A stretch of DNA of 61,607 nucleotides, filler included, from Choristocarpus tenellus KU-1152 (lineage: Eukaryota; Protista; Phaeophyceae), in NCBI GenBank assembly GCA_964200185.2. It is 8 parts of 8 records of this genome, joined end to end, with 100 filler letters (N's around TTAATTAATTAA, not from the genome) between each part and the next. Parts side by side here need not be neighbours in the genome. Positions count along the whole stretch, not along the records: positions 18,873 to 35,475 come from CAXNAD020000804.1; positions 35,576 to 48,651 come from CAXNAD020001595.1; 6 more parts are not named here. One strand, written 5' to 3'. Numbering within the stretch: the first letter of the stretch is position 1; every line of letters begins with the position of its first letter. Under the pieces are notes generated by a model. The model worked only from the letters and a program-made list of their open reading frames with translations, did no database searches and was not told where the DNA came from. Shown one piece after another: positions 24,805-39,300 of the stretch. A program made the position numbers and the translations under genes.

Positions 24805-27144
24805 GAATAGACTTCCTCAACTCACACTCTCTATCCACAGAGATCAGTCAGATAACAGAAAGAGGCAACTGTCTAGTGTGGTTGTGAATCGAACTGAAGT
24901 CTTTCGATAAGAACCGCAGTTAAATGGAACGGAAAATAGAAGAACTATAATTCTTTTTCACACCTGAATATGTGCTCTTCTTGCAGAGCTTCATGGGTCT
25001 CAATTCACACAAGAAATGATCATAGACGAGTACAGCAAATATCAAATGCAAAAAAAGATGTAAGAGACAACGCCAGTCTTACGTGCTTCCGATTCATAAA
25101 CCTAAACTGACTTCTGTGGTAAGTACTTGAAGGTCCACTAATGGCGCAGCTGCTGAACTTGAAGGCATCAATGTACTCTTTAGCTCTGCAAGAGGGATTG
25201 CCGCACATCTTGATGAATAGACGTAAGTTTGTTGTGGTTCTAGCTGGAGGGGGAAGGAATGGGAACAGGATAGATGATGTAAGCAATACAGTAGTAATGA
25301 TTGCATAATACCAACAGCACTCCAATTATCGCTCATGGACACAGGGCTATGAGGGAATAAATAGCACTTCCAAACGTTTTTAGATTCAATATATGAACAA
25401 GGAAGCGTCAACTTGAAGAACATTGAACTCTACACTGCTTTTGTGAGAATGAGCAATATCTACACTTCATAATCAACAATGTCTTGTGGAGACATCTCAG
25501 CAACGCGGACCAACTAGGAGCAAGAGATCAGAAACAGGTTCTAAAATTCAACTTATACAGGACTCTGCTAGACTAACAGCTCATATAATATCGTCAACAA
25601 GACCATACCAAAAAAATTTACACATCACCTACAATCACAATATTCAAACGTTGGGTCCCTGACATCAACACAGAAAATAGATGTGCATGATCAACCCACA
25701 GCCCACATACAACTTGTTCACCTAAACAAGCTGTGTAACAAAACACACAAATGTCCCGAGCATTGTGTTACCATAGCTGATAACCAAAATGCACAAGCAA
25801 CAACCAACAAGTAGTTGGAGGACCCACGTATTCATTGAAGAGGCAGTGGGAAAAAGTCGGGTGGGACAATACACCCGGAAACACCTACACAAGAAATTAC
25901 ACAAATTGAAAAATAGGTGAGTACCAAGCCCTTCCACTGTACAGCATTAGCAAGTAGCAGTAGCAGAGGTGTTTCAAACCTTGAACACTCCAAAATCCAT
26001 TTGACAGGTGGAGTGTGTGACTCTGTGCTACAAGTACAATCACAAAGGGCTTGACAAAAAAACAGCACCACAGTTAATTTCCCCACTAAACCAAAATGCA
26101 TTTTTTTCCTCAGGCAATGGTACCGGGAAAGAATATGTTCAGAAGTGGCCACCCCCAGACAACGTTCTCACATTGCCGTATAATAGTATGACACTGGAGT
26201 GCAGTAGTTCATACAATGAAGACATCAAAACCGTACATAAGCTACACCAAGGAAGGAGCACACATGCGTATACCTGAGACGCATGTGTTTAATTTGCATC
26301 AGTGATCATTTAAAAAGACATAGGTAACAACTGTAAGGCTAACTAATATCTAAATAAAAGGAAAAATAAAAATATCCCATATTCTACTCTCTCCCAACCC
26401 TATGTAGGAAGTATACCTCCTGGATAAAACAACTCTTTCAATTCCAAATGAAGAAATCAAACTAAATGTTTTCATCAGTAGGCATTGAGGTGTTGAACAT
26501 TGTGCATGCAACAAAAAACTAGTGTAATGCAGTGCGACAAATTCATGCCTCCCTTGAGCCTTGGACATCAACAAAAGTAGCACTTGTACAACAGCCAATT
26601 AGCCGTCATGTTCCCTTTCCCTCCTCCTGCACTACACATATGTTGTATGTTTCCACCCTATCTCTTTCTATCTTTGGCACACCGTTCCAGGATAGTCGAG
26701 GTCAACATATACAGAGTGCCTAGGAAGTGATTAATTCTTATCACACCTTTCCAACAAGCACATTGTTTTCTGTGCTGCATCTATGGAAAAGAGAAAGGGC
26801 GATATAGTATACACCAGCTTCTGTCTAAATTCGTCAAGAAGATCCCGTCACTCTCTTGCTCCTCCACCATGCTGTTTCAGTAACTAAGCAGCAGTCTCTA
26901 TGAAGGTCTTTCCTCACTTCTGTAGCAATAGTAAACAGAATGGATAGACAGTCCAAGGAGTGACCAGTTGGTGATGGTAAGGCAAGCCATTATTTACTTC
27001 CTCAACTTGATCTCCCAACACTTGCTTGCTCAATATGGCCTTATGACATCATATCCAGCTTTGAGTGTAGGTTCCAACTTGGTCCAACATGTCCCAATGC
27101 ACAAACAATGTTAAGTCTAGAGCTGCAGTCACATCAATACATAC

Positions 27145-29486
27145 AAAACCAGCTGGCCTCACGACCCCACATGCCGTGGAACACGACCAGCAGAACTGCT
27201 TGCCCATCCAGGACCAGCCCTTGATCGTTCTATTGAGGATAGAGCAGGGAGGAACCGACTTGGGTGAGGGACTTGCGTTACTGATAGGCTGACCTCAGGC
27301 TCACGAAATGACATCCGATTTTTGTTCACCTTGTCGAACCACGTCCTCTCAGGATCCCCCTTCAATTGACCTTTCCCTAACCTTGCCAAGACCGCAGCAC
27401 CTAAAAATGTTTCTCCTTCATTGTCTCCCCCGGTCTCCCTACATTGTCGGTTGGTACTAGGGCTACAAGGAGACGAGACATCACTCTGCCTTGGAAGGCG
27501 GGGTGAGAGGGGAGCAAGGGGCAAAGGCGGAGAGGGAGGTAGCCGCCGAAATGATGGGGACTGCATTGAAGAGGACAACGGGGGAGATAAAGTTGGCCTT
27601 GGAAGACGAGGTGGTGGAGAAGGGGATGGTGTTGGAGGAGGAAGGCGACGTAGCTTGCGCCATTCCTCTGCCCCAGTGCAAGCAGCTTCCGATGCATGGT
27701 TGTTCCCAACCTCGTCATTCCTCAATTGGCTGCATCCCTCACTGTTACCTGTCTTGTCACAGCAATTGCAAATACTCCCATTTTGTCGTGGTTGGTGATG
27801 GTGGTCATCCCATCCCTTCTGGTGATACTCATTTTCAGCAGGCTCCCGGATAGCACGGTTCAGTATGTCACGTGGCAGTCTTGGTGGTGGTAGACCATTC
27901 ATCGTGCACTCTACTGGTACTACAGCCCTTGCTGCTTTACCCCAATCGCCCTTCTTCACACCCAGGCTACCGTGACTATTGTGGCTCCCCCCTTCATTTT
28001 GCCAAGCCCACCGTTGGAAAGCAGATGGAAGGTAGGATCCTGGACCAGCATTAGAGGTGGGGACCTTGAGCACTTGGTCTTGGCTAGTGTGACAAGATGG
28101 TGCTGATCTCTCCTGCCTCTGAAACGCATCATGGTGACTGAGATCTATGACATTGGAGTGTCGGGGCCAGTGTGCCTCACAACGAGGATGCAGTGCAGGT
28201 TGCTGTTCACCTTCCACTTTCCCCTCTTTAGGTATTGACAAAGCAGTCCGACTGCAATTGGAGCTTTCCGTCCCATGCACCCTACCATCCTTGTTCGGGC
28301 AGGGCAGGCACAAGAGTTGGTGCACAGGAGGATGACAAATGGTGAAGACATGAACACACAAGAGGGAACTACACCAACCGACAGTCTTCAGTCAGCCTCG
28401 AGCAATGCCAATGCGTTGAACACAGTTTGTTGCATTCACATTCCAACGCCACACACCCTTTGTCTCTACAACAACTCCTGAGATGCAACAGTAGCAGTAC
28501 CTCTTCCATTGCATGCAATACAGTTTCGGAACTATCGAGATGTAACAAATGTACAAGAAGAAACCTAGGTGCAATATTGTGGGCGCACAAACTGACATTA
28601 CCCACACGCCACCTATTTACTAACAACAGATCTGTACTCATCAAACGCATAATTCAGTTCAAAACAATCTTTTCATCATAATCATAGATTGGACCTGAGA
28701 GCAATTTCAAGATCAAATAGGTCCCGGCTGAGGATATGAACGGCATTCGAGGCACCAATAAGAGGCAAACAAGGGTACCTGGAGGTCAGTCGTTTCCGGA
28801 TGATTGGTATCGCCAACCCATGAACGGGCCCTTGTCGACACCGAAGAAGTCATCGCTGGCCCTCCTCGACGTTTCCTGCACATCGGTATCTCCCTCCCAG
28901 GCAAAGAATGGGAGGGCACCGCAAACTCATTCTCCGCTGTTGAAATGGAGTCCATCCTTGTGCCACCTCTGCTGTACCAGGACGACCAGGTATGCCTAGT
29001 ATTCGACCCTGATCTCCTGTCACGACAATGTTGCCCTGTTGACGCCGTATGAACGAACTGATCCTGATTATCCCTACGCATGACGTACAATCGGGCGGAG
29101 TCTCGCTCCTCCATCTCCACCACCATTTTTGCTTCCTCCAACCTACGTCGTTGTGTCACATATCTCGTTCCCTTTGCAGGGCCACTCTTCTTTCTCACAC
29201 TCCGTGTGCACTCTTGTTTTCTCTTCACACAAAGGTTACAGGGAGTCTGGCCATCACAGGCACGCTTAAGTCTTGCGCATAGATCACAACTCTTCCTCAG
29301 GAAGGCCCTAGTCTGCGATGAACAGATAAACAGAACGGATCATTGGCGGTGAGGGCATTCATCTAATGCTGTGCGTTGCCATATTAGCACGGATACTGAA
29401 GGTCATACCTTGACCTAGCGCAGGGCACACACCTGTTCAACTCTTTCCTTCTCGCCCTGTTCCAACACACTATCGCCCATTACCAT
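27145..29486 (-). CDS. Zn(II)2Cys6 binuclear-cluster transcription factor (3' end uncertain)
   Basis: Exon1 29486-29433 (MVMGDSVLEQGEKERVEQ|gt). Exon2 29312-28779 begins TRAFLRKSCDLCARLKRACDGQTPCNLCVKRKQECTRSVRKKSGPAKG (C-x2-C-x6-C-x5-C-x2-C-x6-C). Exon3 28289-27294 is Pro/Ser-rich. Possible exon4 27229-27145. The first three junctions are phase 0. Confidence 0.85.
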
Positions 29487-32400
29487 GACAACCACGCTTG
29501 TTCGAGGCAGCGTGATCTTCGGATACGAAGGGGTAACAACAGAACGTTCTCAGCTCCTATAGTTGCTCTTCCCGTCGCAATCGGATTCTCTTTTCAAGGC
29601 TGGAGACCCCCTGGTTGTGTGCGAATGGCACGGTTATTTCGCTAGATAGCTGAGTGCTGAAGTGTGAAAGGTCGTTCACCACTTTCGAGTTATGAAGAAG
29701 TAACATAGAGCTGCTATCCTGTGGTGGGGTAGTGTTCAGGTCAGAAACCTCTACTGTTCCTTTATTAATCATATATAGTAGTATATATTATTATTTTATG
29801 TTCAGTGACATACTCATTGTTAGAATCAATCGGATCAACAATATTAATCGATTCTTGCAAAGGATCTTAAAATTGAACTACCGATTAACTTCCACTATGG
29901 AAGGAGTTCTCAAGAAATAAAGAAGCATATTGATGTGATTACATATTTTGATGTTTGATACAATTCCAATAGACTTAACAATAGTTGTACTAGTTTGAAA
30001 ATACACTAAATTAAAATGATGTTGTTATGTGATGGTATTGGTTCTCTTTCAAGGAACCTCATTGGACTTGTGATCAACATCAAGTCAGTCTTGTTACAGC
30101 ACAATATTATATATCAGTCGCATCCTCAATGTCGGGCCAACAATTCTTGACAGATGTGATATGATACAATTGTTATACATCAATAGGAAGTTCCTCACTC
30201 GCATTTCGGACCAACACCATCCAATGACGGGATAACAATTATGCTTTTGTGATCCCATCATCCCATAGAATCTTGTTTTAGCCTTCCATATGTCTTGAGG
30301 TATATTCCTCATTCTATGTTAGAGGTCCGCACCAACAGTAATATCTGTAACCTATTATCGACTTTTGTAAATATGCTGATGCATGAATTATTGCTTACTC
30401 TATTTACAGGTGATACTAGAACCATAATATATGAGGAGATTCATTCACTACTGATACAAACAACTCTCTCTCACTAGCTCTATGAGCGATAATCACCCAT
30501 TTCTGCACATTTCTACTACAAAACAACAAAATGGTTCCCCTCATTTTCACGCAAATGATGTTTATCACATAACACGTTCAAAAAACCCGTCACAATAATG
30601 ATAGTAATATGATATATCCACTTATACATCTGCAAAATGTCAAGGGCATAATAATAAAAATATATCCCACTTCAAATAGTATGTATACTAGGGATATTAT
30701 GGTTAGTTTTGGTTTTGATTTTTCCCTGATTCACATTTACAAAAAATGTTGAAGGGATAACAAATGATATATATATATATATATTATATATATATATCTG
30801 TCTTCTGCCCTCTCACATTTTACAGATGTGTGAAGGAAACAGCCAAACCAATAGCCCAACTCATAAAAGTAACACACTGACAACACCTTATAATATTTTT
30901 TTTATTATACATCTTATAATATAGTTTTGATTTGGTAGAAAAAGGTGAGGCGATTAATACCTACGCATTCAAAATCTTCTTCTCAAGAGTTACACTTCAT
31001 TCTAAAAAAATGGAAGCGAACAAAAAAATTAGGTTCCCTAAGACTGTTCCCAATGAACCCATATTGTTCATACTATTTAAGAAGACTATTGCCACGCTCC
31101 AGGCTAACCATAAAGGTAGGCGAGGAGGGAGGGAGGAATCATGGAAGAGTTTATAAGACTCGTGATTGCCCATCCGAAAGGTGCATCAAGCCATGCAACA
31201 ATCGCAAAAAATATATCGACTTCAACAGATGAACAATGCTATATATTATTATGCCCCCTGACAGATACGTAAGAGAAGAACCAAAGTGTATCACACATAA
31301 TTTCTTATGAGAAGATCAGTTGTCATCAATGCAAAATAAACCTCTCTAGAAAATATTTACTATTTGAAAACTAACAATTCTGCAATATCTCCTTAAAGAT
31401 TGGTCACCGCAAGGTGATGATTGCACTGGCTACTATGCTTCTATCCCAGCTTCGCTCTACAGAGGTGGGTAGGGGGAGCAAGGGAAACAACCCAAACACC
31501 TGGCAGGTCCCTTCCTGGGCACCTGTTCGGTGTCTCTATCGTGAAACACGTGACGCATCACGACAGCCACACATATATTATCAACTTTCCCCTCGAAATC
31601 GGGGAGTCGTTCGTTGGACTTTGACTTAAATCCACATATTAAGATATATATAATTGTAATACCCTTCGTGCGGGACATCACATAAATTTTATGAGGTTTT
31701 ACGTGTCTTTCTTCCTACTTCCCTTCTATTGATAATTTCTCCGCTCTCCAACAACCATTTCACCTTCTTCACCTCTTCGGTTTAACATATGTATACATAT
31801 GGTCGATCTCCCCTTCCTCCAACAACGGTTCCACTTCTCTTATAGGGAAGTCAACCAACAACCCTGTTTTATGTTTAGTCTGAAAGGGAACCAGTTCTAG
31901 GATTACTATAGAAGACTAAGAAATATACCTGAAAGGAAATGCCGAAGGGGTAATTCTCTTACTTCATGGAGCCATTCACCCATGGATGGGATAGATGGGA
32001 GAAGCTGATGGTTCCTTAGCCCACTAGATCCACTACCACCACCACCACTAGTTCATACTATCTGAAATATTTTTTGTAAACTTTAGTATTGATACGCGAG
32101 AAGAGCACAGAGGACTCGATGTATATTTTTTCCCATCGTCAGACACATACCCTTTTGCTACAGCACGCTCCATAGCTTATCTCCACGGGATGTGTAGCTA
32201 CAGTCCATAATCCTACAGATGGCGCTAATGCACTTGCACGTACAGGACTCCTGATGCACAAGTCAAGTATGCTGGATCTTTCACTCAGATAATTCCCTTC
32301 AAAAGTATCAATATCATCGTGTAAAAAAGAACTGGCAACAATGTACCACCTAAGAACATGATAATGACTAAATAATAAAGGGTCAAGGAGTAGAAATATA

Positions 32401-32782
32401 TAAAATCTAGGATTCCAAGGTCATAATCGCATTTATGAAATCGTCATCAAGACGTATCGCCTGTAAAATGCCCCCCTAGCATGAAGCATAACTGCTTCCA
32501 TGCGAAGAACAGGCAATTGGACAAGGAAATATAATGTCACTCTTTATCCTATCTATCATGAACGTAGCAGAAATTAAATAAATGTCACTCCCAAGTCCTA
32601 ATATATCAGTAGGCAGCGTTAGGGATCCAATGGAGGAAGAAACCTGGAGGGAAAAACCCCTTCCAACTTTTGCCTTGAAGACAGATATGCTAGCGTGACA
32701 CTTGAACCTCACAGCAATCACTCTACATTTGACTCAACGTTCAAAAGAAAAACTCCTGCACCAGAGTCTCACACGCATGTCA

Positions 32783-33440
32783 AAAATAGGTACTGTCTGA
32801 AGAGACTCCACCCCTTCAAAATTTATAAACACAAATACAGACACAAAATCTTAGCAGCACTGAAATTGGGTATTGCCATAGACCCTCCCCCTTCAGAACT
32901 ATAAACACAAACAACTACAGGACACCAGGATATCTCATGGTCACAGCGAGATCGGGTGCTGCCATGGAAAAGCTTACCCCCTCTCTAAAAACTATGAATA
33001 TATTAAAAAATAAAGATAAATGTCTTACACAATAAAATTAAAATAGGGGGTGTCCCAGCAAGTCTCTTCCTCTTCTCAAAACTATCAACACAAATGAATA
33101 CCGGCACAAAATCACAATAGCACTGAAATAGGGTACTGTTATAGACTCTTCCCCTTCGGAACCATACACACAAACAACTACAGGACACCAGGACAATGCC
33201 TCGCAGTCACATAGATAGGGTGCTGCCATGGAAAGGCTTACCCTCCCTAGGAACTATAAACATACAAATAAACAAAGACAAATGTCTTACAATATAATCA
33301 AAATAGGGAACGTCATAACAAGACTCTCTCCTTCAAAACTATCAACACATACAAATATAAGACACAAGAATAATGCTTCAACAAATACAGATAAAAACGT
33401 CTAACAATAACAAAAAAATAGGGAATGTCATATTAAGACT
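32783..33440. repeat. About 260-bp tandem repeat built from 80-90-bp subunits
   Basis: ACACAAACAACTACAGGACACCAGGA and GGGTGCTGCCATGGAAA recur about 260 bp apart; AAATAGGG...CCTTC..AACTAT.AACAC subunits. Confidence 0.8.
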
Positions 33441-33689
33441 GCTCACACTGGTTAGAGCACGAAGGCAGACATGCTATCTCCAGATACAAATTTGCCAGTT
33501 GTTTCCAACACAGAAATTCCAATTACAAATTTACCAGTTGTTTCCAACATTGATCGACACATCTCCTTCTTTCTCTTAAGGATGAATCTACGGAAGTCAT
33601 AAGACACGGTCAGAGTCAATGCACGTTAGACCAAATCAGATCATACACTTTGATAAAAATGATATATAACTCCGACTAGGCCCAAAGTA

Positions 33690-34280
33690 GATTAACACAT
33701 AACCTCGTTTTCCTTGGGAGAATCTGTCCCAAAGGTTACAGAATACTATCAGAGCCAGTTAGCATCTGACCTAATCCGAGTACACACTTGTTCCTTTCAG
33801 AGGTATGGTTCAAAAATTACAAAGCATACATCTCTGACATGGCCTAGAACAAATGGATTCCCAGTTCCAACCTCCCTAATCACAAGTGTGATTAATGTCT
33901 ATACTTGTTTCCTTTGGAAGTTTCCGTCCTTAGAGTCACCGGATACATCCACAGTCAGTTTGGGTCTGGCCTAATCCGAGTATATTTTATTCATTTTCAA
34001 AGTGTGGTTCAAAAGTTACAAAGCACACATCTCTGACATGGCCTACAGCTAATGGGTCCCTAGTTCCGATCTTCCCAATGACAAAGTGTGATCAATGCGT
34101 ATCTTTGCTTCCCTAGGAAATATTCCTCCCAAACGCCACAGGATGCAATCGCATTCAATTTGCATCTAGCCTAATCGGAGCACACACTTGTTCCTTCTGA
34201 GGGTCCGGTTCAAACGTTACAAGCATACATCTGTAATTTGACTTACAATAAAAGGGTCCCCATTTCCGATCTCTTCTCAT
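33690..34280. repeat. 200-bp tandem repeat x3
   Basis: CCTAATC.GAG near 33770, 33970 and 34170, each followed by GGTTCAAA..TTACAA. Confidence 0.85.
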
Positions 34281-34710
34281 GTCATACCTTGACCCTACTT
34301 GGGATAAGCAAATAATTTATGTTCTATTGAGTTCCTCCCAATCTCCCTCTTTATAAGGTACCGTCCAATACAGTGACTTGAAATCAAAACCCCTTCCTGA
34401 GCACCAAGTGTAGCTTCCTCTTTTGTCTTTCCACGACTTCTCGACGCAGGTACCTGCGGGTAACAGACAAAGCACACCTTGTGCTCCCTTAGTCACTTGC
34501 GATTTAATCGCAACTGTTCGAACTGCTGGTTACCTGAAAGTGATGATTGCAACGAAGGAGAACACAAACAAGCAGCGAGGACACCAACTGATGACAAGAG
34601 TGAGTATGTGAATCAGGCAGAACCTACTCTACAGAGAATCGAGACATAGGTAACACACAACATTAATGCTGACAACACCCCCATGCATAATCTCGAGACC
34701 TCAAAATTAT

Positions 34711-34996
34711 GAGTCAAAGTACCTTAGAGGGTAGAGTCGCGTCCATTTGGAGTCCAAAATCCAATATTGCGATTTTGATGCAATTTTGGCTATCGTGTTT
34801 GTTAGGGGAAGTGTCAATATCCTTGTTCTGGACACACCTTTTCATAGTTTTATACATTATACCTACTCCAAGACGCATATATTTTACCTACTCCGAAACG
34901 TTTCGGAGTAGGAAAACGTATTATACAACTGGTGGGAAGCCAAGCCCCGAACGGACAAACAGGGCAAAACTCCTACCCTCTTAGATGCTTTGGATC
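34711..34996. mobile_element. MITE family B with TAT target duplication
   Basis: tat|GAGTCAAAGTACCTTAGAGGG ... CCCTCTTAGATGCTTTGGATC|tat. Confidence 0.85.
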
Positions 34997-35281
34997 TATG
35001 GTCTAGGGCAAAGGTCATTGGTGCGACACAGAGGACACAGTAAGGCTGTCCGCACCTTTGCCTAGCCTTAAGTTTTTAAAGAGAAACACTGAAGCCATGC
35101 TCTCCAGCCAAGCCCACTGATGAGCAAGCTTCGTTCCTTCCTATGGGTGAACCACATATGTGACGACGCAGATCCTTTCCCCCCAATTGAAGTGAAGTGG
35201 AGAGGGAGATGAGTCCATAACATTCCAGGGAGCTGACAACAGTCAAATGCGGTAAGCTAAGGTTTCTCTCCAGTTTGAAGA

Positions 35282-35475
35282 GACCCAAAATATCTGGGGC
35301 TTAAAGTATCTGAGGGGGGGTGGCGGCTGTCCGTTTGGGTCTATTTTTTCATGTTGCAATTTTTTAGGTGATTTGGTTGCATACGTCCGATGGATAATGA
35401 AAATACTCTTTTCCTTATTTCGAGACAAATGGACACCTTGGTGTAGAACCCCCCCACCCTCCACAGATACTCAGG
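35282..35475. mobile_element. MITE family A preceded by a second A-type terminus (nested)
   Basis: GACCCAAAATATCTGG is immediately followed by GGCTTAAAGTATCTGAGGG and a full family A core. Confidence 0.8.
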
Positions 35476-35860
35476 NNNNNNNNNNNNNNNNNNNNNNNNN
35501 NNNNNNNNNNNNNNNNNNNTTAATTAATTAANNNNNNNNNNNNNNNNNNNNNNNNNNNNNNNNNNNNNNNNNNNNTGTTAAGACCGTTTTCGCAAAAAAC
35601 CGTCCTCATAGTCCCGCGCCTTCCTCAATTTTGAGATTCCCCTGTTTTATGTGCATGAACTTTCGTAATATAGATTCGCTGAAGGAACAAGAAACATTTT
35701 TTGCAGACTGAATTAACTTGACAATTTTGGATCACCCTACCACTAACCCTAATCCTGAATTTCTTCATCTATCTGTGGATTTTTTCTTTTGCTGAAGTGT
35801 ATCCGTAAATTGGAGCATTGTATTCAGGAAGAATGTTGTGCCTTACGAAGCCTGCGTGTA

Positions 35861-35895
<35 letters not shown>

Positions 35896-36110
35896 ATGTA
35901 TTATGTATGTATGTAGTTTAGTAAATTGGGTTGGGCATCAATGGGTTGTATGGTATGAACGCACAGGAAAACGTTGAGGTACAAGTGGCATTTGTTAGTC
36001 CAATAGTGGTAAAAGCCATGTTGGCAGACTGCTTCACCAACCGATAGTTTCTTAGTTGGGAGAAATTGGCAAATTTCCGGTTCAGGTCTGTTTCCGCCTC
36101 AATGGCAACC

Positions 36111-36368
36111 GAGTGAAAGTATCTTAGAGGGTACAAGTTTTTTCCACTTTGTCCATTCGGGGCTTGGCCTCCCACGGGATTTCAATGGCTTTTTACGTAC
36201 TCCAAAATATTTCGGAGTACGTAAATGTGTACGTTATGAAAAGGTGTGTTTGGAACAAGGATATTGACATCTCCTAACAAACATGATAGTCAAAATTACA
36301 CCAAAATTGCAACATTGGATTTTGGCCTCCAAATGGATGCAGATCTACCCTCTAAGATACTTTGACTC
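36111..36368. mobile_element. MITE family B with AACC flanking duplication
   Basis: aacc|GAGTGAAAGTATCTTAGAGGG ... CCCTCTAAGATACTTTGACTC|aacc. Confidence 0.9.
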
Positions 36369-39300
36369 AACCCTATCTAAACACCTGTATAGCACAGCAG
36401 TCCTGCATGAAACTGTGATGGCGGAGCAGTGGTATTTATATATCAAAACCTTGACACTTATTTTGATGTGATTATTATTTTATTTACTATTATGGAGCAA
36501 ACAACTATTGTATATTAAGGTTACGTATATACCCTTAAGTTGCTGAATGTAATGATTTCCCCCTCATGTCCTAACCCTACGTTGAATCTTGAGTCAATCA
36601 CTCTTTTTTGTACCATGTCCTGCCAAAGTCCCCCCAGTGTTAACGGATACATATTTACACCCCTCCTTGTTGGCAGGATGAAATATGAGTTCAAAATATT
36701 TTCATTATTCCGTATTATAGATCGCAATTCTAACAAGTAGTCCCATCTCTGATGCTCAGACAAAAACTGTATCATGGTACAAAAAATGTATACTCTCTAA
36801 TATTGGAGTTCTATTGCCATTACAAAGCTGAGGATGCTTGTATGGCAGCCACATCACCTCTCTCGACATCGTAGAAGGTTCATGCATTCACCCCATACAA
36901 TCTGGCTTTCATCCTCCTTTGGATGATGGAACACAGTGATTCGGGAAACTCCGAAGTCCTCCCAGATGCCACCGTTCCCCGAGGCATCCAAGCCTCGCTC
37001 CCTCTTGCCTCCAGGAATTGCACCACCACGCTGTTCTTTGTCGGGGTGTTTGAGTCTCAACCCCAGACAGACATCTTGGACGAAGAATTGGTACCTACAG
37101 GCAACAATGGGATGAGCCAGCTGCTCAAACGACGAGGGACCGTTGTCCTAGGCATCTCAATAAACATCCACTTTGACAGTTTCACAGGGTTTTTGAACCC
37201 TATCAAAGGCGACTTGGTCAACTTTGCACTGGTGATCCTCCACACTTACGAGAGCCCGTCATCTCAAACTTTGCACGCGTCCCAATCTATATGAGAACTA
37301 AGCGTTGTCCAGCGGGTTTATCATGTGGGTCATTCCCAGGTGATAACAGACCTTGCAAAAGTTATGATACACTTAATTCCAAACAGGGGAAGTTAAAAAA
37401 AGCTAGACTTAGAAAATTAGAGTGCACCCAGACTGTTGCGCCTACTTGATAATAGTTCCGTGTTCTGAAATTGTCCAGAATACCAGTGCATGACACAAAA
37501 TATAGATATCTAATTCGATATGATAGCGGAAATACTATACATCACACGGTAGATCAAGCATGACAAGGAAAACCTTAAGCAAGGTAGGGAGAATCTTTCA
37601 AGGTAACATTGCATCTCCATGCAAGAATAGGTGGGGTGCCCCAAAGAAAGATACAATGAACTTGCTGCATCTTGGAACACAATGGAGGCAGAATGGGAAG
37701 CACCTGAGGGCTAGATGTTTGAGGGATGGTCAAAAAGACTTGACAGAGAACTGCACGGACCTGTAGCACCTTGATGTTGGGGGAACACCGACAGCAGTAT
37801 GGCGCTCAACTTTAGTCTGTGCTGAAGGTCCAGACTAGCCTCCTTTGAAGTAGAGTAAGGAGCAAGGATTCCACACAATGCATATTTCTGTCTCTTTCTA
37901 GATGACCTCCCCCATCCATCGAGAAGGTATGCAATCAACTCTTTGTCAATGAAATGTCAGAGACGTCCCCATGGCAGATGGCTACATGAAACAAAGACGA
38001 GGACTTGGTTTCAAGCACATCAGATATTTCTTTGGTATGAAGAGGTCACCGCAAATAGTCTCACAAAATGGAGCAAACATCACAAATGACCACCATCTCA
38101 TTCCAACACTCCATCAAGTGTACACTTCAGAGTTAAAAAATGATTTTTCAACAGTGTACTCATAAAATTATAATTGCTACTTAAAAACTCCAAAGAATAT
38201 CATGCTTTGAAAAAGCATACACCTTCTTGACTCACCAACAATTCTCATACAATATACAATCGCATCATCCAACGATCTCATTCTTAGTAGACCATAACCA
38301 ACACTGGTTGCAACTACACGGAATTCTGCCGCCAAATTCCCACCCCCTTATATCCTCTATACCCAGTATCTTCCATTGACCTCAAAGCACCAACATGCAC
38401 ATCAAAAAAGGTGGTTGGCAGGAAAGGGCAGTGACAACATGTGTTCACGGTCCAACTAGAGCCACCGTTCCTTTATTCAAATGAAACTCAAGTACAACTT
38501 GTGGTCATACTCTACTTCAATAAACTTCTCAGTATTGGTTGGGGAAGCATGTTTGGTCAAGATGGAGTTACTCGGCAAGAATGGTTCAGTTGGAAGTTGG
38601 GTGCTCCAAGGCATGTTGGGGATGATAGTACTGACTGGGTGGGACATCTTTTGGAGGAAAGATCAGATACACACTTGGAAAATTTCAAACGAGATTTATC
38701 ATACTCCAAGTACATGAAATAAATTGTGGCATAACCAAATAAAGCAATAGACTGTCAACAACCAAACATATCTATTGCCACCAGTTGAAAGAATTTCAAA
38801 AACAAACAGCACAAATAAAAAACGTAATTGTGTTGATTCTTGACTAAAAAGTCAATTATATGCAAATTTTCTACTGTACATCACATATCCTTAGCTATGA
38901 GCATGGGCCCACCTAACTTCACCTGTGCATCAAGAAAGACACAAATGACTTGACTTCTGATTGTGCAAAAGGTCTGTTCAGTGGTCTTGGTGAGTATCAC
39001 ACACATGGGTCACTGATCCACTCTGGACGTAGAGTCCGTCACAACAATAATAATTCCTTCCCCAAACTTTAGCCAGTTGTGTACAAGAAAAAAAAGGCAC
39101 CACAACAGCTTGCTGCTAGTTGTGTGTGTCAGGCAAGCAGACTGTATGTAAGTCAGGCCCAAAGTCGGGGTAGAACTCTAGTGTATGGTCCCTGGACACA
39201 AAAAGCAAGATGACCTGACTACACAAGTCACATTAGGTGACACAGCAAAACGTCAAGGCAGTCACAACTACAGCAAACGTATGCTACACCTCTCCCTCAT

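Noticed and set aside
31413-31682. Solo LTR (GTGATG...CATCAC ends)
   Set aside because: The left end is not TG, there is no target duplication and no second copy in the window.
36923-37294. 123-aa ORF as a gene
   Set aside because: No recognisable motif or coherent exon chain; probably decayed element sequence.
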